Numbered from the stretch's first letter, positions 32,201 through 46,600 are shown. The stretch: 64,000 nt of DNA from Guillardia theta CCMP2712 (GCF_000315625.1 NW_005434670.1:1070258-1134257); one strand, 5' to 3'. The notes: generated by a model not told the origin, from the sequence alone. A program made the numbers and translations.

Positions 32201-35200
32201 GTAGGTGGCCGCGGAGAAAGTTTCGAATAAGCTGTAAGCAACGCTTGACTCTGAGTTCCCTGTATGTGGAATCAATGTCCATTGCGTTGACTGCTTGCTG
32301 TAACATATGGATAATCTTTGCCAGCACAACTTTCTGAAAAGAATGTGGCATATACCGCGAGATATCTACAATCATATCATGAGCTTTCTTTGCAACAACA
32401 TCATCCAAACTCAAGAAACATACATCCCACAAGAAGTCAAGGCCCTCTAGATGTTCATCAGTAATGCAGACTATCTCGTATGCCAGGATGTTCACAGAAA
32501 GCTCGTCTTCTAACAAATGCCAGTCATGCAAGTCCGTCCAGTCATGAGTATCTTCCTTTCCGGTGTCATCCCATCGTACTGTATGCCGTTGAGCCCTATC
32601 TCTATTGCTCGACGGCGGTGAATAGTGGCAAATCGTGCCATTATGCATCTTTTCATCCTTCCATAGAACACGTACACGGCGACCAACAAAAGCTGGACCG
32701 TTAATCTTGCAACCAGACTTCTGACCACTTCTCCCAACTGTCTCCCACCTTGAACAAGCGTCGTTTACATCAGCGAAAAGGGCTTGAAACGAGTTAAATC
32801 CATGGGGCTTCAAGTTCGATGGATCCATCTTACAGATGTAAGTTTGAAATAGATAAAGTTGTACATCTTTGCAGAAGATGCCACCAGAGTCTGCTGCAAG
32901 CCTGATCCACCTCAAACACACCTCTGTTGGGCCTCCAAGGGCTTCCCACAACTGGTCAACTTGACGAACTTCTAACATAATGTTATAGTCCTGATGTTCT
33001 GCCGAAGTATTTTCTAACAAATATCTCAATTGTGAAAGTCTAGTCCATAATTCAGTGTTGAGAACATCATCACTCTCCATGACCTTGACATCTAAACCTT
33101 GACTGAGAGTTTTTAGATTGGCCATGCAAGCACCAATAACATCGAACATACTCTGCAAACCATGAATGCAAGCCTCCCTGGTTTTGTCTCCACGCTGGGC
33201 GAAATTGAACCTTGGAAATAGCCTTATAACTTCTACAAGAACAGCGAAAGCCCCTTTCATTGCCAATGGAGATGTATTCGGATCTTTCACAATGTTACAA
33301 CAGAGCTCGGCGACGTATCCTTTACAAAATTTGCCTTGTCCATTTGCTCCAACACCGTCACTTTCTCCCCACGACGATTGCAAACAATGGAAAAGAGAAT
33401 CTTGCACTAGCTTGGAAAATACTTCTTGGTCTTCACAGAATGGAGTCAAGAGTGCAGCAACAAGAACATCCATCGCTCTTTTTGCCACAGCGCGACCTTT
33501 CATCATCACATCAACTGTCGCATACAATCCATGTAACTTCGAGGTGTCAAAAATGGCAGTTGCAAGCTCAAATGCAGCCTGCAGGCAATCTGAACCTCCC
33601 CTCTTGAGCGAACCCAGCGCTGAGAATGTAGAGGATGGCTCGCTTGCCACGGTGTCGATTTTGACTTCGCCATCACTTTGCTTCAACACAGCTGGAACAT
33701 CAAATACGTCCATGATTCTGTTCAAAACAATCATGGTTTGCTTTTTCCCCCATTTTGGTAACATAGCAAGAATGACCTAGCATTGCGAATGCAATCAGCA
33801 AATCAAAAAAATTAAAGAAAAAGTTTCAACAACCTTGTGCACTTCAGCTCTGACGCTGCCAACGTGCATGAAAGCGGCATCGACCACAATGTTCATGCGA
33901 TACTCATTCATGTCGATTATCGAGAGCAAACTGCATGTTTCCGACACAATCGTGGCGTGCGCCCTTTCTCCAAATAGATCCTCAAGTACTTCATGCTCTT
34001 CTAACCAAGCACATAACGCTTGGCCATTCGAGGATTTGAATTCTTTGTCGTTGCGAATCACCTGCTCAAGAGACACCAACGCTGATCTTCGTTGTGCCCA
34101 AACGCCTGATTTGGTGCCTTTCAAGGCAAGCTGCTTCAACGCCTCTTTGAAACGATACTTGTATTTTTTCCTAGCACGAAAGTTACATTCATCTGGCAGT
34201 GTATGTCAACAGGAAAAATCACCTTATGTCCGAATTCTGAATGACTGTCGCAAGCCCTGTTCCGTGTAAAGGAGCAGTTTTCTTGAATAGTGGGATTAAA
34301 TTAATGCACACTTGCCCTGCTTCTGAGCTTTCCTTGGCCGGTGCATCTTCAATACGTTTTGCGATTCTGTCCAATATCTCTTCTGCAGGCAACCCCGACT
34401 CTCCGCTATTATCGATCGATTTCGCAACCGAGATGAGCGACTTCCAAGGAGCTTTCTCTAAAAGCTGTACGCGCTTTTGGGGGCCTCCTCCTTCCTTCCA
34501 AAGTCTCATGCATTCCGCATGTAGTTCCAAAGCAACGCGATGTGAGGCTTTGTTAACATCCCTCTCAAAGCTGAATATGGGCGAGTTCATGTCAAGGACG
34601 CAATCAAGCGCATCTATCAAGTCAGCAGATCCCCTGTCCAAGCTGGCCAACACAAGTTTTACTGCACAGGTTAGCGCAGTCTGGAAATACTTGGATTGGT
34701 CCTCTGCAAAGAGCTCATCAAAAGATGACGGAGGCTTCAGGTATATTACCTGCCGGATGATTACCCTTTCTTCTGTACTCCCCGCACCAGTCATCCCAAG
34801 CAGAGCCAGGCACAGCAGGGCCATGGCCGTAAGGAGTTGCAGGGGCGTCTCCTTCACCGCAGAATAAAGGCAAGGCTCTTGGGATGTATTTCGTCGCAAA
34901 ATCTTGTGACTGCTTTGTGTTGACACATTCCAAAGCTGCTTGAAAGGCGGCTGCATAGTCACACCAAATAATGCGCCTCTTTTCCATGACCTTTGCAACC
35001 AAATTTAAATCATGTTTCACCTCCACACTCCAGCATTCAAGTTGGAGTCACTCTTACCTTTTTGAATGCCGCTGCATGATCTTTTGTCATAATATATGTT
35101 GAGTCAGGAGGAACATCATTGATCATATCAACGCAATCGTTTCCCTCCATGCCTGATATGACAGAGGACAAAAAAGGTTAACAAAGGAGATTCTGCACAT

Positions 35201-35287
35201 ACAACCCAGACCTGATCGCGGGCTATTCGCCTCAGTATCTGGATTCACGCTTCCGGACAAGGCACGCGGTGGTGCGTCTTGGTCCAT
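26231..35287 (-). CDS. Large ubiquitin-specific protease, USP9X/USP24/USP34-like (peptidase C19), multi-exon
   Basis: Cys box GLKNQGATCYMNAMIQQLF, QNDSSEF, LCVQLNRF, His box YELKGIVVHSGQFSFGHYYSF, WLKLDD, SAYMLFY; long helical N-terminal scaffold. ATG at 35287 followed by GT-AG introns. Confidence 0.92.
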
Positions 35288-36794
35288 TGTTGCTATCACC
35301 AGAAATGAAGCCCTTCCGGGGCGTATGAAAGCCTCGAACCGCTAAGAAACCAATCAATCACATAATCTGTTCACAATCACTGTACAGATTTTAGGTCTTT
35401 CAAACTGATCTATTCAACCACAATCATGAAGTAGCCTCTAGATCATAGTGTGCGGCAATCAGTTAATCATGAACACGGCTAATGAATAGATCAACAAATT
35501 TAAGGGCTGCAACCGTCACGCACGAAAGATGATCCTAGCACAAACTCAACTTCAGACCATTGGAAAAACTTCAAACATATCTCAACTGGTCTATATCAAA
35601 GATGTGTTTTCATCAACAATGCAAAACCGCCTTCTATTCGCTGTGCAAAGTACTACTATCTCCAAAAATAGAATAAACAATGCAAGTCACATTCTACAAG
35701 GGATCCTTTCGATTTCAGCAGCAAATTTCACAACCCACGAGCACAGAATGAAGATATACAAATTCAATCAAGTTGAAGTTCTGGATGAAATGTGATGGCA
35801 GTGGTATACGAACTTTTTAACATAGTGTAGCATTATCAAAGAAAGTTGTGTCCCAAGTTCACTATGACCAAATCGTGACAATAAACATCCTACTACAAGC
35901 GCAGCGTTCACATCATGTAACGGATACTTCATCAGGACAAAAGTAATGGAAGAATTGAGAGGGGAACATGCAAACGAGGTCAGTCATTGTCAAGGTTGTT
36001 GTCGTTTCATCCCCTTCGCTGCGTCTGCATATGCAGCGCTGCTTCGGTGCCCTGCCACTTGTCCTCGGCTAATTTCGAGCCCTTTCCCCAATTTCTCCAT
36101 TCAATTTTCAAAAATGTTATTGTGATTCTTTTGTTTTATTCAAATTAAGAGAGATGAGTTCAAATCATAAATGAAATTACACCCTGAGGATCACCCCCCT
36201 TCTCAATCCACAGTACCCCACCCTCTTAGTGAATCAAACACCACCCTGTTTTGTTCTACCAAATATTCATGACTCTGACTACCCTACCTGGAGTACTTTC
36301 CACCCACCTGGTTGACTGGTCAATCGAACCGAGTCAAGAATCGACAGTCACTATGATACCACCTTATGAAAACTATATATGTTGCTCTAAGTAAAATAGT
36401 AATAGGTCGCTATTCTTGGTTTTGCAGATACTACGCCTTGACTTCTACCACCGTCATCAGCTACCCCACCCTGTCGAAAAAGCTTATCTACAATTTCACT
36501 ACCGAGTTCATGAATCACCGTGGGACTCAACAGTAGTACCCATCTGACCACCTCCCACCCCGAAAAATCTACCCCTACCTACCATTCTTCAATGCTCTAC
36601 AGCAGAAGATATCATAGAGGGTAGGAGTCTTGCATCTATTAAATGAAGTACTAGCACCAGAAGCCTCACATTCACTATCTACTTCCACAACTTGCTTTTG
36701 AGGAATTGAGGTGGTGGGGTAGTCACTAAACCATTGCTAAAACGAGCATCACCGGTACTTCAAAGCCCCACCCTACCATCATCATACCCTGACC

Positions 36795-37410
36795 TCCGGT
36801 CGCAACCCTGCAGGCCGCATCCCCGCTAGGACCCATCTGAGGCGCCTTGGCCGCACCTGAGCGGAGGCGGCTTGGCAGCAGCTTCAATCCGGCAGTCCCG
36901 CGGCCCGGGCTCCGTCGGCTCTAGCACCACGGTGACCGGCGTGCCGGGCAGAGCCGGGCGCAGCCTGGCATGCGGGCGGGCCCGGCCGCGGTCACGGTAG
37001 CAGTGCCGGGCCACCCCGGCGGCCGCGCGGCCCTGCGACGGGTAACTGCACCACCGCCGGGTGACTCTGTGACTGAGGCACACCGTCGTACGGTCACCCC
37101 GCGTCCGATCACCGCACCTCACTGAGTCGGAGCCGAGTCACCCTCGGACCGTCCGATCGTGGGCCCGCCGCCACGTGGTACGGTCACTTACTAGCGGCTA
37201 TCCGATGATCATAGTATCATTCCTGGCATCCGAGGGGATCGGCCGCTCGGCCCCCGATCACAGCAGTGTGACACCGCGCCGTGACTCGGGGGCCGGGCCC
37301 ACGGGCCCGGGCCCACGGGCCCGGCGGGGGCCGCTATTGTATCCAGGTCCTCACTCGGCGTCAGTAGCCCCGGACCGACTCACTGGCCATACGGAGGCTA
37401 CCCGGCTGGA
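36795..37410. promoter_or_regulatory. GC-rich, palindrome-dense island between the divergent USP and 37670 genes
   Basis: Same word set as 5577-6140 (CCGG, GGGCCC, CCGATC, GAGTC, GTACGGTCAC twice). Function inferred. Confidence 0.4.
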
Positions 37411-37669
37411 GGCTACCATCCTCGTACTGATCTCAACTGGCAGCTAAGCGGCTTGATCATTGGTATGATCGCTGTCACGACATGGCCGAACAGGCGGCAA
37501 CGAGTGCAGCACTACTGATTATCGCCGAGGTGACAGTGCTAGGAATGCTGGAAGACCACTGTCAGTGCCTGCCTGTTCAAGTCAAGCAGAAGAGGCTGAC
37601 TAAGGCAAGAAACTTTGAATAACCGACACGGAACAAGTAGAAGTGTTGAAGTGTTCGTCGACAGTAAAG

Positions 37670-39500
37670 ATGAAAGCAAGCAAGAGGATACAACTCTGGT
37701 CGTTGTTTCTCTGGAGCATGTTGGCTCTCGCCTCATCTCAAACGCGACAAGTTGATTATCAAAACATGCATGGCATCTTCTTTCCTCAAACAGGGCAATT
37801 CTGGCCTGGCTCGACTGGTGAGATGGATGGAGCAGGTCATGGCAGAAATGACCTGGTCATGCAGGGAGCGATTGGAGCACTCCAGAGCAAGAAGATCTCA
37901 CAAGAGTCAAAAACCAAGGCAGCCAGATAACTGATTGGGCCCTGACCTCTTGGCGGGACGTCAACTGTTGTTTTCAGCTGAAAGATGACTCTGTATGGGA
38001 AGATGCACAGACTGGAATGGAAGATTGTTTCTGTAGGTAATTCACCACTGTGATCATTTTGAGAATCAAAAGCATGGCCTTGACAAGACTTCAGGGAGTT
38101 TCTCCAAGAAGTTCAATACAAGACTGTATCATTCTGCTCCCTCAAGGTGAACTATCTCGCTGAGAATGAGATGCTTCTCTTTACATTTGATTCTTTGGGA
38201 CAGCAATCATGTCTGAATGCTCTCAGAGATTGGAATAGAGTATTTGGAGAGGCGAGCAATGCTGCTGTCAGCGAAGATGCATGAAATCTGAAGCTCAATC
38301 AGGGATACATGGTTCCAGGTCAGGCACCGGTCTGGAATACAGAATCTCCAGTCAGGACATGGTCTGTTTCAAAATCCGAAGTGGCTGAAGAGTTCCTGAT
38401 GCGGAAATCACATTTTGCAGCACTATAGGAAATCCTGACGGATCAGCTGTCAATCGTCCTTGCGGAGAACAAAACAACAATGTAATATCCTCAAAGCAGA
38501 TGTATTGAAATCTGAACTTTGACCTGTCAGCCCTTGCAAACATGGACAGATCCGTACGGTCGGCTGTCGACTTCTTTCGCGAATTACAAGCCAAATCCGG
38601 TACGAGTGACAGCTGTGTTTGCTTCAGGCTTCTCAATCATCTTAGAACTATGGAAAAATCACGACTCCGTACAACCCTAGTGCAAGCCACAAGTAATGTA
38701 TGCGAGGATTTATTGACAGGTTGATCACGAGTATTCGAACACTTCAGATGGCGATGGGTTCCTGGCGATGCACCAGCATCCTTGAAGCCATGGCTGGGAG
38801 GCACAGCCGGAGACGGCAAAGTACAGGTATGGAATCAAATGCAACACATGTAAGGGGTGAGCTGGTGATGTATTTGTTGCACAGGCAGGGATCATGAAGG
38901 GTACGCCCGTTTATCCGGCAAGCAACTCAACGGATTGCTGTGATACGAGTGTGAACGCTTCATGCTGCTCGTGAGGCCCGCAGGAGGAATTGACGACGCT
39001 GAACCTGAGACAGAGGCTCATCGCTCATGAGTTGGGTTGGACCACAGGATGCACCTCAAGCAGACTGCATGTTTGCTGTGAAACGTGAGCTCCTTTGTAT
39101 GGTTTCCTCGTGAGATGTTTGTCAGGGGCCATATGTGCATACCACTTCTGGGAATGTGATAAGTCATATTCGGATTTGATCTTCAACGGCATCTGCTTGA
39201 ACACCTGCACTGACATCGAGGTACAGCACGATTGCCACGGCTAACTTGTAACATTGAGCAGAGGCTTTGTGGTATTGTACCTTCTACAGGAAGACAGCTG
39301 CAAGTTTCGACGTTCACGTGAGATCTTTACGTTCTGTCTACACAACTGATCGATCACAGACTAGGCAAATTCTATCACTTAGGTTGTACAACAAAATCCC
39401 GCCAGAAAGTCAAAGATTGCACTGCAGCAGGTGAAGTGCCTTCGCTCCCTTCTTGCAGGATCTCCTCACGGGCTCCATCAACAGCTGGCCGATACCAGAT
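37670..39500 (+). CDS. Hypothetical secreted multi-exon protein (boundaries approximate)
   Basis: Signal-peptide-like MKASKRIQLWSLFLWSMLALASS followed by many short exons bounded by gt/ag with scattered Cys. No family recognised. Confidence 0.4.
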
Positions 39501-39936
39501 AGACATGTTTTGTTCTGCTCTCAGCTTTCTTGTTTCTTTCGCTGTAATCTCTAGGATTCTAGATTTCTAATGTCCCTCGAATCTCTTGTGTCAGAACGTA
39601 CAATTTTGACCCCACTGATGCGGACTCTTGTGATGACACAGAGATGCTATACCAGTGAAAGCAACTTGGTAGGGATCAAATGAGGAGACGAGAGAGCATG
39701 CTGCTGCTTGCTTCTTCGTCAGATCGCGAGTCTGTTGCCTGACTCAGTGGAACTAGACACGGCGACATTTCGTAGCGCTGAAGAATTGGTGGAGGAAATC
39801 CTAGGGGTAGGGTCACTGACCATGTTTGAACTATTAAAAATATGTGGGGTGAAAACATCGAGTGGAGGGGGTAGGGGTGTATTTGCACATTACCATGGGG
39901 GGAGGTGGGTCACTCGAAAGGCGAAGGCGGTTGAAG

Positions 39937-40626
39937 ATGGCGACGATGGACAGGAACGTGCTGGACGCACAGGTGATGAGAGGGCAAGAGCTGGGAGGGG
40001 AGGAGAAGAAAGCTGCTGAGAGGGTGAGATTGCGTGAGAAGAGAGGACAAGCGGAAGGGGAGGGAGGTGGAATTGCCGCAGGGGTTGGCAAGAAGGAACA
40101 AGGGGAGGATGTAAGGCAAGGATGGTCAACTTGCACTTGGCGGTAACTGATAGTCGGGATGCTTGAGCGTAGCATTTTGAGAAGAATGTTTGATCAAGGA
40201 TATGGTGGAATGAAGACAAGGATGCTCGCATCGGGATTTTAACATGTTGCTGTCAGGTGCGTGCCAGTGTGAACCAGAAGTTGGAGGACAGTGGAGAGAA
40301 GGAGAGGTGGGTCGCGATGCCGCGTACTGCAAGCCTCATTGCAATTGACACGCTTTCTTCAAGGCTGAAAGAATTCCTGCGACAACGTCTAGTTGAAAGC
40401 GGCTGGCGTGATGATTTGAAGGAATATTGCAAAGGTCCCTTGGACAACTCTGGTTGCCCGGCACTGATGCTTTGATGCCGCAGAAGTGATCAAGGACAAG
40501 TACAGAGAGGATCTGAGTGTTGATGAATTGGTATCAGAGATAACTCCGAGGGGATATGCGACCATTCCTGATGAGGTCAAAGCTGAGCTGCTGGAGCGAA
40601 TCCGCAAATTTCTGGCATCGAATTGA
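39937..40626 (+). CDS. ENY2: Transcription and mRNA export factor ENY2/Sus1 (SAGA DUB module and TREX-2), 4 exons
   Basis: Spliced [12 protein letters not shown]|[17 protein letters not shown]|[23 protein letters not shown]|[39 protein letters not shown] matches the recalled ENY2 sequence; first intron 39973-40256. Confidence 0.93.
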
Positions 40627-40699
40627 AGAATGCCATCAGACAATGTACAGCAAAAGTTTAGTAGTTGATAACATCCATTTGCTTTATTACACAACAATT

Positions 40700-43600
40700 T
40701 CAGGCATATAAATTTACAAGGGTAGGAGACCCGTCGGCATCCTCGGTTTGGTACAAGCGTGAGCTTGCGATGGGCTGGAAGCTGCCGTCTTGTGAACCTG
40801 CTCTCACACCTTCAGGCGTGATGATCAACGAGGCACGACTCACCAGTATCCTCGAGCGAGACGGTAGAAGCAGCATAGTAGTCTCGTGGCCTGTAGTACC
40901 TGCAGTAGATGTCACTCTCCTCGCTAGAACCACCAACAAACTTACTCGGCAAAGATATCAAACTTGACTCCTGCTCCCTGGAATGTGGCTGAACCAGTTG
41001 GCTGAGGTACCTGCAAGGCTTGTGAGATTGCTGGACCAGGTCAGCAATCACGCACAGCGAGGGAGGTCCATTGGTCGATGATCAGTTGGTTGTCGACCCA
41101 CAGCTTGACTCGTTCGTTCGGGTTGATGTTCCATCGGAACTGCCTCTGCGGAGCGTAATCAAGACGAGCAAGGAGCAAACCAACACATCAAACCGTGTAA
41201 TCAGGAGACCCTTGACAGGATGCGACGGCCTCACATGCGGAGATCACACCCGACCATCGGATGACCAGATCGCACAACTGTACCCCGCACACGCTTTGAA
41301 ATCCAGTCACTTACTTCCGGGAGTCCTTTCATACAAGTACCTGCCGGCGCCAACGAGAGCAGGATCGAGCTGCGGTGGGTACGTGGAGGTGGTCCCAGTG
41401 GAGATGCTGCTTGGATACTTGGCCTCGAGGCTGCACAGGTCACAGGGTGCAGGGAGAGATGTGGTGATGGAAGAAGCCGAGTAGTACGTTGCTTGCACTC
41501 CACAGCGTCGAGCCATGACGCGTACAAGTAGTGAACCTGTTGGAGCTGGTCAGCACTTGCCGTCTCTCACAACTGGCAGCAGCCACCTGCCCAGCTGGGG
41601 ATGGGATGGCCGGGATGATGTAGGAAGCGAGGATGAGGCCTGTTGCTTCAACAGCAGCGAGGGAGGCCGTAACGGTTGGGATATCCCCTGGCTCATTGAT
41701 CGCCGTCGAGCCATAGTAGGGAGGTAGGTAGGGGGTGCCCTGTATGTTAGAGCCAGACGTCCGCACGACTCGTACGAAGTAACTGCTCGCTGTCGCAGCC
41801 GAGGCGTTGAGCGTGTTTCCGAAGGAATCTCTCAGCTGGATTTGAAACTGAGTCACTGAGGGCTCCACGGTCGTTGCAGTCAACCCAGAGCCACTCAGCG
41901 TTGACTTTGACCCGCAACTCACTCCAGGGAGCACAACAAGCCGGAATGGGCTCCCCGAAATATCGTTTCCTGTCTGCTTCACATATGAAGAATAATCCTG
42001 AGCGACGTAGAGTATGTAAGATGCCAGAAAATAACCCGGAGATCCAGGGATGGACGTGACTGTTCCCGTGCTGTACAGACTTTGGACAAGGCCGACTGTC
42101 TGCGTTGAGAACGAGACGTCAGTAAACATCGGGACATTCCCAAAAGAATCTTTCGCAACGATTGTGAACGAAGCGTATTGTCCAGCAAATGCCAAAGTTA
42201 ATCCATCACCGTACGCAATGGATTTCCCCGAGCAAACCTGACCACCGAAAACTTTCAGAGCACCGAAGGCGTTTGGAACATCAAAGCGTTGATGCAGTCT
42301 GTTGGACGGGATTGGATTCTTGGAAACAGAATCTCCTGCTGAATAATACTGACTCTCCCATGTCAGAGAGTGAGCGCAGGACGAGACGTTGGGGCACTTG
42401 TACAAGGCGCTGATGTCATAGAGCAACTCAGCCGTCTCGAACGCTCTGAGTGCTTGAGGACTTGTGCTCGTGAGAGAAGTCCACTGATCAATGATCAGAA
42501 GGTTGTCGACCCAGAGTTTCACTCTCTCATCTGCGTTTGGACCCAAGGAGAACTCAAACGTATAAGTCTGTGCTAGACTTGGTCTTACAAATCCTGTCCA
42601 TCGCACCCCGAAGCCGCTTGCGGTTGACACGGATGGCAGCGGCGGCGAGCTCGCGCTAGACCAGTCGATGTTGTAGACTGACCGCGAAGAGATCGGGTCA
42701 CCGGCTCCTAAGTCGTAGGAGGTTCCCGTTTGAGATGAGTTGTCGTAGTAAGTTGCTGTCAGACCGTTTTCAGGGGATAGAGATGTCATGACGGTGAATT
42801 CACCGCGCAGGAATGCGACATAACTTACAGACAATGTCCCGTCAAGATTGTCCAGGAGGCTTGCTGGTTGAGAGACGGGGCAACCCGCGCACACCAGGGG
42901 AGGGAAGTATCGAGTAGCGCCGACGGTGGGCATAGTAAGAAAGAAGAGGTCGTTGAGGGCGGGAGTGCAAGGCGACGATCCATCGATCCACAGCTGATCA
43001 ATGGAAGACAAGTTGGCACATCGAGCACTGGTATCATAACCTGAGATCACCGTCCACCGACCCGCGCAAGCCCCGGTGTTGAAATCGATGTAAAAGCCTT
43101 GAAGGTCTCCCGCAAGGTCGATTTGTATTTTTCCTTCACTCAAGGCACAAGAAGCAGATTGTGAGACTACCTGGATGCCGTATGTGAAGTACATCCCCGC
43201 ATAGGCACCTTTGATTTGTGGTCCATAAGACTGACATGACTGTAGCGTGTTGAATGGATCCTGACAAGCGTCACTGAATATCCGAACGACAAACTGATCG
43301 CCGCCCTCTGATCGAAAGTTGGAGAAAGCATCCACGCTCTGAATGACAAAGTACGTGCTCGCTCCCGCCGTTGATATCGATAACCCGTCACCCGTCACCA
43401 TGCTCAAGGTTGCGCAGGCCTGATTGGGCACCACCCGCACTGCAAGAGGAGAATTGCTCAGAGCTGAAGAGCTGAAGAGATGAAACCTTGGGATGGGAGT
43501 CAGGTATTGGTTCAGACTACTGATCCAGAACAAGGACAAGCCCGTGTTCATCTTTGGCAGGCTGCTCGGGTCCTTCTTGTACTCTACTAGGATGTCCCAG

Positions 43601-46600
43601 AACTGATATGCTCTCTGAGTGATAGACGCCGACGTCTGTAGACTGTCAAGTGAAGTCCATTGATCGATGATAAGGGACTGTGCGACCCACAACCTGACTC
43701 GTTCATCCGACGCGTACAGTCTCGCTCCGATCTTACTCCACCTGACAGAAGGGACCTGAAGTAGTCCACTCCACCTGACAGAGAAGGCCTGGTCCTTGCC
43801 AAGGCTGAAAGGAACCTCATAGTTCGTCACGCTAAAGTCGATTGGAGAGTTTGACTGTGAGCGAGCTGGAAGCGTCAGGTCTGCGTCGTCATAGTAAGTT
43901 GCCGTCAGACCACCTCCGAAGGCAAAGGAGGTGTTCTGAGAAGAGATCGTCAGGTTGAGCACCAGCCCGCTGCCGTTGCCAGCGCAGGAGATTGAAGGGG
44001 GAAAGTCGACGGTATAGCCCGAACCTCCGGATAAGATTTCAATCCAATTCACACTACCAGATTCAGCGTGACACCGCCCAAGAAACCCTGAGCCAACACA
44101 AGGAGGTTCGCAAAGAGCGACACTATCACTCTCGTCTGAGTAGTTGGACCCACCGCTCACTATTCCCAGGTCCCAAATCGATCCGTTTGAAGTCGAAAGC
44201 TGGAAAATATCCACCTTGAGTTCGCTCAGGCCAGATTGAGTGGGAACGTAGGAGAATTGATGTTTGTTTCCTCGGGGATCTGAAGCTGTCTGCACGAAGG
44301 GGACTGTGTCAAGTTCATGGATGGTTGCACCACTGTCGACCATGCCCGAAAATTGTTGATACAAAGACGCTTGAGGGTCAGGAGCATACAACCGGGCGTA
44401 CATCGGGTCTGTCAAAGTGTCTCGCATGTTTCCATAAGCATCGCGGCTTATGACATAGAACGAGCTTTGAGACCCTGCAGTCGCGATAGTGATGAAGGAA
44501 CCCTCAATCGAGCTTGAAGATCCGCAAACTTGTCCTGGGTTAACTGTCAACCTTGACATTCCAGCCCCCAGCGTCTGCGACGAGGGAAACAAAGATGCGG
44601 AGGGAATGATTTGGAAATTCGTCTCGGGAGACTGCCATTGAAGGTTAAAGAATGCATATCCCGAGCGATGAATATATTCGATGAGAATCTTGTAGGTCAG
44701 ACCATACTCGAGCTTCGTCTGCTTAATCCACGTGGTTGACGCGATATTGTTCAGCTCGTCTAACAGGATTTGGCCATCAATCTCAATATGAAGCCCTCCG
44801 TCAGTGGTTGCCATGAAGAAATGATCTCCAGTCGAATTCGGCTGAATGTATCCCGTCCAGATAACGGAGAATGGTTTCCCGCCACCAGCAAAGTAGAGGG
44901 CAGGAGGGTCGTTACCCCACTCGAAGTTGATATTTGGATCAACTCGAGTGCTCCTGTACCCTTGGAAGGGGTTACTCCCATCAAAATAGACAGCAAACAG
45001 TCCATTGCCTTCAGATGACAGACACGATGTGTACAAGTTGTAGTATCCAGAGATCGTTGCAGTGAACTCGGCTTCGTAGAAGCTGCTATAAACATTGCTG
45101 CTGTCTACTACCATCTGTCGATTCTGATTGGCTGAGACAGGGGTTGTGCTTGCTGTGACTGTGTAGTTGTACTTGTCATTTGTGAAAGAGGAGTCAAATA
45201 CAACCCGAAGGTTGAAAGTATCATCAAGCGTATCTCTCTGATTTGAGTATGCATCCAAAGCGAAGATGGAGAAGTAACTTGGGATTCCAGCGCTTGCAAT
45301 CACAAGGCCTGCACCAGATATGATGCTATTTGTTGCGCAGATAGCACCAGGTTGAATCTGTACGAGGAGAGGAGAATTCAATCTCACACCTTGACCTCTA
45401 CATCTGCAAGCAACATCCGTGAGAACATGTTTATCATCAGACAACCTCTCACCTATCATGTGCAGTCGTTCCTGGTTGGAGGGGGCAATCAGTCGTAACT
45501 GCCCACACGTCTCTTCTGCTCGGAATCTGACGGTTCTCGTTGAAAGGTGAGGAAGCATCGTAGTAATCTGAATTCCAAATCTGAAAATCGTTCCTCTTAA
45601 TTTCAGATTCTGTCATGGCGATGAACAATCTGTTACACGGAAGTATCGGGATTGGCGCAGAGTTAACAATCAAGCTCGACGAGTTCATCTCCGGCGTTTG
45701 ACCTTGGTACATCCAGAAGAGACGTGGAGGCGTCGGAAGGGTGGTAGAGCAGGCATGCTTGTAACTCACTTCAATCCGGTAGAATTCGTCATCACCGAAA
45801 CGATGAAAAGTGCCGGATGGAGTAGCAGTTTGTAGAGAACTCCACTGAGCAATCACCTCTTCGCTGTCGATCCAAAGGGACAAACGATCATTTGTGGTGT
45901 AGTCTCCGTTCAAGCTTTCTCCGAATGATGCCCAGAAAGTGTAGTCCCGCGCAGTTGCCATTTGCAGCAACCCTGCCCATCTGACCTCGAAAGAAAAATT
46001 TGAAACCTGCAGGACGTTCTGAGAATACGTCCAGGAGGACCAGGAAAATTCCTTCTCTTGCCCCGTATAACCAGCAGCTGCTGAAAGTCAGTAAATCACT
46101 GAAATCAGAACAAGCGAACTCACTTCCATTGAAAGCCCCGTCGCAGTCCAGCGTGTAATACGTTGCTTGCAACCCAGAAACACCTGCGGTGACGAAGAAA
46201 AGATCGAAACTCTGAAACAGTCTGCTGCTTGATATCGAGTCCCTTGGCAAGCTCTGATACTCATAGTAGAAAGACAGAGAACCATTCGAGGCGTTGAATG
46301 GAACCTTCTTGTAGTCTATAGACAAGGAATAAAGCATATCACCATCGCTGATGTAGAACGTTCCTGTAGGTTGGAGGGTCGAGATCGATTGCCACTGATC
46401 GATGACCATTACATTGTCAATCCAAAGTCGAACTCTTTCATCGGATCCCCCGAGATCAGTTGAGAACGTATACCTCTGCTGTCCGGGAGGCCTTATGAAG
46501 CCACTGTAGCGAATTGAGTATGTCTGCTTGTCAGTCCCATAAGGATTCCAGGGATGAGAAGCATTGGAGTCAAACGTGACTGTTGGTGAGATGATTGTCC

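Noticed and set aside
36030-36070. GCTGCTTCGGTGC resembling the U6 snRNA 5' hairpin
   Set aside because: No ACAGAGA box or other U6 core sequence follows.
45888-46130. Apparent frameshifts between consecutive ORFs of the giant PA14 gene
   Set aside because: Where checked (here and at ~45450) they are explained by short GT-AG introns, e.g. gtgagt...tttcag restoring FSFEVRWAGLL.
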